Positions 25,519 to 32,000 of a stretch of 32,000 nt of DNA are shown piece by piece. The notes beneath the pieces were generated by a model. That model ran no database searches. It worked only from the letters and a program-made list of their open reading frames with translations, and was not told the DNA's origin. Position 1 is the first letter of the stretch, and each line of letters opens with the position of its first letter. The position numbers and the translations under genes are program-made. This DNA comes from Tannockella kyphosi (GTDB taxonomy: Bacteria; Bacillota_I; Bacilli_A; Erysipelotrichales; Coprobacillaceae), in the NCBI RefSeq assembly GCF_021054785.1, contig NZ_CP088239.1:1860001-1892000 (forward strand), read 5' to 3'.

Positions 25519-26334
25519 ATGCACAAACTAGCGTGCCCTAAATGTTTTGAACCATTACACATTCAAAATAATTCCTATATATGTTCCAACAATCATTGCT
25601 TTGATATCGCTAAAAGCAAATATATCAATCTATTACTAAATCCTGTGAAAGCAACAAATAATCCTGGTGATAGTAAAGAAAGTTTACTAGCTAGAAAAGC
25701 TTATTTAGATAATCATTATTATGATTGTATTTTACATACTGTAGAAGATACTATTAAAAAATACCAAAAAGAATCAATGCATCTTTTGGATCTTGGTTGT
25801 GGCCAAGGATATTATACAAAATCTTTCCAAGAAGACTTAGGAAAGGAACATACCTATTATGGTTTAGATATTTCTAAAGTTGCCATAAATATGGCTACTA
25901 AATATACAAAAGATATTTATTGGATAGTTGGTAATTCAAAAGCGTTGCCTTTTTCTAACCAATCTCTCGATATCATTACGGCGATGTTTACAGTAGTAAA
26001 CAACGAAGAACTAGAAAGAACATTAAAAGATGATGGATACATCATTCATGTTACAGCGAACCCTAATCATTTAATTGAAATCAAAGAACTAATCTATGAT
26101 GAAATAAAAATAAAAAGTGATCAATACATCCGTCTTCCTTTCCAAACAATAGAAAGTTATGACTTAACACAAAAGGTTTCTATCCCTTGTCGAGGCGATG
26201 CTCTAAACCTACTAATGATGACTCCCCATTATTATCATATCAAAAAAGAAAGAAGACATGTTCTTGATACCCTTTCATCCCTTGATGTTACCGTAGATAT
26301 CAAAGTAACCGTTTATAAAAAAGAAGAAAAATAA
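25519..26334 (+). CDS. rlmA: 23S rRNA (guanine-N1)-methyltransferase, RlmA (RrmA/TlrB) family
   Basis: 271 aa. The N-terminal Zn-finger is LACPKCFEPL...YICSNNHCFDIAKSKYINLL. The SAM motif is LLDLGCGQGYY. RBS is AGGTGA. This is the only plus-strand gene in the window. Confidence 0.85.
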   Translation: MHKLACPKCFEPLHIQNNSYICSNNHCFDIAKSKYINLLLNPVKATNNPGDSKESLLARKAYLDNHYYDCILHTVEDTIKKYQKESMHLLDLGCGQGYYTKSFQEDLGKEHTYYGLDISKVAINMATKYTKDIYWIVGNSKALPFSNQSLDIITAMFTVVNNEELERTLKDDGYIIHVTANPNHLIEIKELIYDEIKIKSDQYIRLPFQTIESYDLTQKVSIPCRGDALNLLMMTPHYYHIKKERRHVLDTLSSLDVTVDIKVTVYKKEEK

Positions 26335-26364
26335 AAATATCGAACATTTGTTCGATATTTTATT
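26334..26364. terminator. bidirectional terminator between convergent rlmA and the AKR gene
   Basis: ATATCGAAC-attt-GTTCGATAT is flanked by an A-run on the left and a T-run on the right, so it can terminate both strands. Confidence 0.7.
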
Positions 26365-27358
26365 TTCTTTGAAAGTTTGGATCAAACCTTAATGTATATA
26401 GTTCCATTTCATCAATAGATTGCCGTATACAAAGTAATTCTTGCTTCGTCAATTCAATATCACTAGCTCCTATATTCTCCTCAATACGCTCTATTTTACG
26501 CATTCCAGGAATAGGAACTACTTGTTCTTGATGCATTAACCAAGCTAGTGCTATTTGTGCTGCTGTTTTGCCTTTTTTACTTGCAAGCATTTGAATATAT
26601 TCTATTAATTTTCTATTTTCTTCCATAATTCGTGGATCAAAACGAGGTTGACGACTACGAGGGTCATCACTTGTAAACTCTTGATAAAAATCAAGTTTCC
26701 CTGTTAAAAAAGCTTTCCCTAAAGGAGCATAAGCAACAAAGCCAATTCCTAATTGTTCCAATCGTTGTTTATATCCACTTCCTTCTACTTCTCGACATAA
26801 CAAAGAATATTCATTTTCAACCACACTCAATGGACAAACCTTATGAGCACGTTCTACTAATTCAATTGGTGCTTCTGACATACCCCAATATTTTATTTTA
26901 CCCAAATCCATTAATTCTTGCATCGTCGTAGCTACTGTTTCAATCGGTGTATTATTATCTACTCGATGTAAAAAATATAAATCAAGATAATCAGTTTGTA
27001 ATCTTTCTAATGTTTCTTCTATTGCTTCAAAAATCACTTCTTTGCTTGCATCATATACTTGTTTCCCATCTCTTTGTATAATCCCACATTTACTTGCTAA
27101 AACATAACTATCACGAGGATAATCCTTCAAAGCTTCTCCTAACAAAGATTCATTATATAAAACATCTCCATTTTCTTGTACTGCTTGATAAGATTGAGCA
27201 GTATCAAAAAAACGAATTCCTTTACAATAACCTTCTTGAATTACTTTGATCATTTCGAATGGTTCTTTTGCTTGACCAAACCCAGTAGTCATACCCATAC
27301 ATCCCATTCCTAACACACTTACTTCTAAACCTTGTTTCCCTAATTGAATTGTTTTCAT
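26360..27358 (-). CDS. aldo/keto reductase
   Basis: 332 aa. Motifs are LGMGCMGM, FDTAQSY and LDLYFLHRVD. It has the AKR11/13-like layout. Confidence 0.9.
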   Translation of the reverse strand: MKTIQLGKQGLEVSVLGMGCMGMTTGFGQAKEPFEMIKVIQEGYCKGIRFFDTAQSYQAVQENGDVLYNESLLGEALKDYPRDSYVLASKCGIIQRDGKQVYDASKEVIFEAIEETLERLQTDYLDLYFLHRVDNNTPIETVATTMQELMDLGKIKYWGMSEAPIELVERAHKVCPLSVVENEYSLLCREVEGSGYKQRLEQLGIGFVAYAPLGKAFLTGKLDFYQEFTSDDPRSRQPRFDPRIMEENRKLIEYIQMLASKKGKTAAQIALAWLMHQEQVVPIPGMRKIERIEENIGASDIELTKQELLCIRQSIDEMELYTLRFDPNFQRK

Positions 27359-27396
27359 AGTTATCTCCTAATATATAGTATAATCCTTTTTCAAAT

Positions 27397-27418
27397 ATAA
27401 AAAAAGCCTCTCGGCTTT
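27397..27418 (-). terminator. intrinsic terminator after divIC-like gene
   Basis: Minus strand: AAAGCC-GAGA-GGCUUU followed by UUUU. Confidence 0.7.
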
Positions 27419-27702
27419 TAATCAGGTATTATGGATACAGATTGTCCATCAATTGTAAAAACATAATTACTTCTTGCATAACGAAGCGCATATTCTTCAT
27501 CATATAATAAATCAATAACTTCCTCTAAAGAAGTTTCTTGTTCTTCTAATTCTACCTTTTCCACCTCAAGTTCATTTTTTTGAGCACTTAAAGAAAAAAT
27601 AGGAATTGCCTTTGAGATAATAGTAACAATCATCATCACACTAAAAACCAAATACAATAAACCTTTTAAGTTTCCGTTTCTTGCCACGTTATCCCCCCTC
27701 AC
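27418..27702 (-). CDS. divIC: septum formation initiator family protein (DivIC/FtsB)
   Basis: 94 aa. It has one TM helix, then a coiled coil (QKNELEVEKVELEEQETSLEEVI), then DEEYALRYARSNY. It follows yabP-yabQ as in B. subtilis. The more likely start is the GTG at 27687, with GAGGGGGG 5 nt upstream. Confidence 0.7.
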   Translation of the reverse strand: MRGDNVARNGNLKGLLYLVFSVMMIVTIISKAIPIFSLSAQKNELEVEKVELEEQETSLEEVIDLLYDEEYALRYARSNYVFTIDGQSVSIIPD

Positions 27703-28067
27703 ACTATTTTTAGTATAGCACGGATTTTACGAAATAAAAAGAGGATAGGAAAGAAAACTTTCGATAATCCCAACATTATATATTCTAAAAATATTTGCCA
27801 TCCACTAGCATAAAAAAACTGGTAAAAAAAATAACCTATTATAAAAACAACAACCTGATACAAACGAACCACTCCCCCTTGTATCATCACCAATCCCCAA
27901 TATGTTAAAAAACCAAACCCACTCATCATCAAAACCTGTATAACCAAACGGAAAATACTTTTTTCAAAGCGATAAAATAATCGATTTAAAAAAGCATACA
28001 CCATCAATAAAACCATACTAACTACAAAAGCATATACGAAGCTTTGAATTTGTTGTAAAGAACTCAT
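27699..28067 (-). CDS. yabQ: spore cortex biosynthesis protein YabQ
   Basis: 122 aa, polytopic. It has the GGVVRLY motif (family pattern is NGG.(V/I)R.Y). The position between yabP and divIC supports the call. Confidence 0.65.
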   Translation of the reverse strand: MSSLQQIQSFVYAFVVSMVLLMVYAFLNRLFYRFEKSIFRLVIQVLMMSGFGFLTYWGLVMIQGGVVRLYQVVVFIIGYFFYQFFYASGWQIFLEYIMLGLSKVFFPILFLFRKIRAILKIV

Positions 28068-28360
28068 TATTTCAACAACTTATTAAAAACAGTATCTTTT
28101 GTTTTTGACTTCTTATTACTAACATAACTAATAGAATCAATATTTCCTTTAATACTTACTTCACACTTTTCTTGATCCAAACGAACAAGCGTTAATTCAC
28201 TTCCTGTAATATTTAAAAAACCCAAAGATGTATCAATTAAAAACTCTAAAGAATCAAAACTATCAATATTCTTTACTCCCGTTAACTCCACATGTTTTCG
28301 ATCTTTTAAATAAACATTATGATACGGTGTATGTTCAAAACGTAAACTATTATTATCCAT
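28067..28360 (-). CDS. yabP: sporulation protein YabP
   Basis: 97 aa. The segment HNVYLKDRKHVELTGVKNIDSFDSLEFLIDTSLGFLNITGSELTLVRLDQE..VSIKGNIDSISY matches the YabP family pattern. Confidence 0.85.
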   Translation of the reverse strand: MDNNSLRFEHTPYHNVYLKDRKHVELTGVKNIDSFDSLEFLIDTSLGFLNITGSELTLVRLDQEKCEVSIKGNIDSISYVSNKKSKTKDTVFNKLLK

Positions 28361-28408
28361 TTTATATCCCTCCCATTATCACCATATGATATTCTTTCTA
28401 TTTTAGAA

Positions 28409-28433
28409 CAAAAAAGAAATCCGAGGATTTCTT
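28409..28433 (-). terminator. intrinsic terminator after the GH1 gene
   Basis: Minus strand: AGAAAUCC-UC-GGAUUUCU followed by UUUUUG. The tight loop means the effective stem is about 7 bp. Confidence 0.65.
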
Positions 28434-29894
<1,461 letters not shown>

Positions 29895-29933
29895 TTACCA
29901 AATATATTTTATTTGTAATCTATTTTCATAGAA

Positions 29934-29958
29934 AGAAAAAAAGTGTTCTAAGAACACT
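29934..29958 (-). terminator. intrinsic terminator after the ABC ATPase gene
   Basis: Minus strand: AGUGUUC-UUA-GAACACU followed by U7. Confidence 0.7.
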
Positions 29959-30766
29959 ATCCCAAAATCATACTATCACTTAATTGTTTTACATTTGCTT
30001 TGGCATAAACCTTTAAAACATCTTCAATCGTCATTACTTGTTTTTCTTCTTTTTCAATTTCTTTAATAATTCTTCCTTCTGCCATTACTAACATACGATC
30101 TCCATACTGTAATGCATGTTCAATATTATGAGTAATCATAATACAAGTCATATGATTTTCTTCAATAATCTCTTTTGTTATATGCATTACTTGTTTTGCA
30201 GTCTTAGGATCTAAGGCTGCTGTATGTTCATCTAGTAATAATAACTTAGGTGGATTCATAGTAGCCATTGTTAAAGTTAAAGCCTGTCTTTGACCCCCAG
30301 ATAACAATCCTACTTTATTTGTCATTCTTGTTTCTAATCCTAAATCTAGTTTCTTAACATAATTAACAAACAATTCTTTTTCTTCTTTTGTTCTACCTAA
30401 CTTCAAATACTTTTGATACAAACTAGCTTTCTTTACACCTCTACCATAAGCAAGCGATAGATTTTCTTCTAATGTCATATTGGGTGCCGTCCCTTTTAAA
30501 GGATCTTGAAATAGTCTTCCAATATCACCAGCTCTTTGATGTTCTTTTAGTTTTGTAATATCATTTCCATCTAAAACAATACTTCCTTTATCTATCTCTA
30601 ATGTTCCTGCTATTACATTTAATAAAGTCGATTTACCAGCTCCATTACTCCCAATAACCGTAATAAATTCACCTTTTTTAATATCTAAATGGATATCTTG
30701 TAAAGCTTTCTTTTCATTTACTGTACCACCATGAAAGGTAATACAAACATTATCTAATTTTAACAT
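29957..30766 (-). CDS. ABC transporter ATP-binding protein
   Basis: The likely start is ATG 30766 (MLKLDNVCITF...), 1 nt after the permease stop, giving 269 aa. The track start at 30820 lies inside the permease gene. Walker A is GSNGAGKST, the signature is LSGGQRQ, and Walker B is LLLLDE. Confidence 0.9.
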   Translation of the reverse strand: MLKLDNVCITFHGGTVNEKKALQDIHLDIKKGEFITVIGSNGAGKSTLLNVIAGTLEIDKGSIVLDGNDITKLKEHQRAGDIGRLFQDPLKGTAPNMTLEENLSLAYGRGVKKASLYQKYLKLGRTKEEKELFVNYVKKLDLGLETRMTNKVGLLSGGQRQALTLTMATMNPPKLLLLDEHTAALDPKTAKQVMHITKEIIEENHMTCIMITHNIEHALQYGDRMLVMAEGRIIKEIEKEEKQVMTIEDVLKVYAKANVKQLSDSMILG

Positions 30767-30767
30767 T

Positions 30768-31652
30768 TTATTTCCCTTTCTTTGATAAATACATTTGAAT
30801 TGTTGGTAAACTGATAACAAAGGCTACAAAGATAGCACTCAATAATTTCCAATCATTTGGATTCATCCCCATACTCAATACATAAGTTAATAATAAACGA
30901 TATAAAACAGATCCTATTGTCAAAGCAATAATACTTTGTAAGATTGATTTTTTACCAAATATTGTTTCCCCAATAATAATCCCTGTTAATCCAACAATCA
31001 TCATCCCAATCCCTAAATCCATATCAAAGAATAATTGATATTGTGTATAAATAGCAGCAGCTAGTGCTACTAATCCATTCGCTAATCCTAGTCCTAATAA
31101 TTTCATACGATCGGTATTAATCGAAGATGCACGAACCATATGTTCATTATCTCCCGTAGCACGCAGTGCTAAGCCAACTGGTGTTTTGAAAAATAAAACA
31201 ACCAACATCAATATCACACCACTAACTAACGCTAATAAAACTAAATCACTAAACTTACCAAACATTCCATTTGTGATTGTTTCAAATAAACTATAAATAG
31301 TATCTTTTCCAAATAAGGAGAAGTTTGGTTTATCACCAGCAACTCGTAAGTTAATTGAATAAAGACCTGTCATTGTGATAATTCCAGCTAAAATATATTG
31401 TACTTTCATTTTGGTGTGTAAAAATCCTGTGCACAATCCTGCCAAAACTCCTGCCATGAAACCGACAGCTACTCCAATAACAGGATGACCATAATACGCT
31501 AAAATAGCGCCACTTGCACATCCTAATGTGAAGCTTCCATCCACTGTTAAATCAGGGAAGTCCATTACTCGAAAAGTAATGAACACACCTGATGACATAA
31601 TTGCGAAGATTAGACCTAATTCAATTGCACCTATAATTGTTGATAATGTCAT
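30768..31652 (-). CDS. ABC transporter permease (partner of ABC_sub_bind-type binding protein)
   Basis: 294 aa with about 8 TM helices. RBS is AGAGGT. It lies between the binding-protein and ATPase genes. Confidence 0.85.
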   Translation of the reverse strand: MTLSTIIGAIELGLIFAIMSSGVFITFRVMDFPDLTVDGSFTLGCASGAILAYYGHPVIGVAVGFMAGVLAGLCTGFLHTKMKVQYILAGIITMTGLYSINLRVAGDKPNFSLFGKDTIYSLFETITNGMFGKFSDLVLLALVSGVILMLVVLFFKTPVGLALRATGDNEHMVRASSINTDRMKLLGLGLANGLVALAAAIYTQYQLFFDMDLGIGMMIVGLTGIIIGETIFGKKSILQSIIALTIGSVLYRLLLTYVLSMGMNPNDWKLLSAIFVAFVISLPTIQMYLSKKGK

Positions 31653-31661
31653 ATTGTACCT

Positions 31662-32000
31662 CTATTCAAATATTTCTACTGTATAATTTTCTTGCACTGC
31701 TTCTAAACCATCAAATCCAATTGAATCTGCTGTTGTTTGATTCATATAAACAATTAAATCTTCATTAAATACTGCTACTGGTATTTCACTAACATCACTT
31801 CCAGCTAAAATATCTAAAACCATTTCTCCTGTAGTCGTTCCAAGTTGTTCATAGTTAATTCCATAAGCCATAAATCCACCATCACTAACCATTGAATCTG
31901 CACCACAGAAAATTGCTTTCCCTGCATCTTTACACATTTCACTTACTTGAGTCATTGCAGAAGCGATTGTATTATCTGTTGGTGAAAATACTACATCTAC
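31662..32000 (-). CDS. ABC transporter substrate-binding protein (ABC_sub_bind family), C-terminal part; 5' end beyond window
   Basis: The frame stays open upstream of the track's Met to the window edge (VDVVFSPTDNTIASAMTQVSEM...). The segments ...FSPTDNT... and ...GGFMAYGINYEQLG... are typical of this family. Confidence 0.75.
   Translation of the reverse strand, partial: VDVVFSPTDNTIASAMTQVSEMCKDAGKAIFCGADSMVSDGGFMAYGINYEQLGTTTGEMVLDILAGSDVSEIPVAVFNEDLIVYMNQTTADSIGFDGLEAVQENYTVEIFE

Overview
AT-rich (by eye about 30% GC, not computed) Bacillota-type chromosomal window. I count 38 CDS, 37 of them on the minus strand. Most are core housekeeping genes in Bacillus-like synteny: ilvA, gltX, ispF, pyrG, tkt, fsa/tal, ppiB, rlmH, rpmE, murA, fba, and yabP-yabQ-divIC. 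There are also sugar and transport genes: an orphan PTS EIIC, a GH1 6-phospho-beta-glucosidase, and a three-gene ABC uptake system. Small accessory genes include an APH(3')-family kinase, a GyrI-like protein, RlmA-like methyltransferase, SDR and AKR. I saw no rRNA, tRNA, CRISPR array, transposase or integrase. Two regions are not ordinary. (1) Positions 1-4427 hold a tightly coupled five-gene minus-strand operon that looks like an atypical Tad/Flp (type IVc) pilus module. It encodes a 631-aa secreted multidomain protein, a 126-aa anchored protein, a 57-codon Flp1-like mini-pilin missing from the ORF track, a CpaF/TadA-type ATPase, and a TadB/C-like platform protein that runs off the window. 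(2) The 415-nt gap upstream of pyrG contains two hairpins with unrelated stems but an identical 14-nt loop motif, followed by a terminator-like hairpin. This is a candidate small RNA. Immediately downstream is a pyrG promoter whose predicted start is GGGC, followed by a U-tract hairpin, which resembles a reiterative-transcription attenuator. Several promoters, operator-like palindromes and intrinsic terminators are readable directly. All functional calls rest on my recognition of motifs in the translated ORFs; no database search was run.
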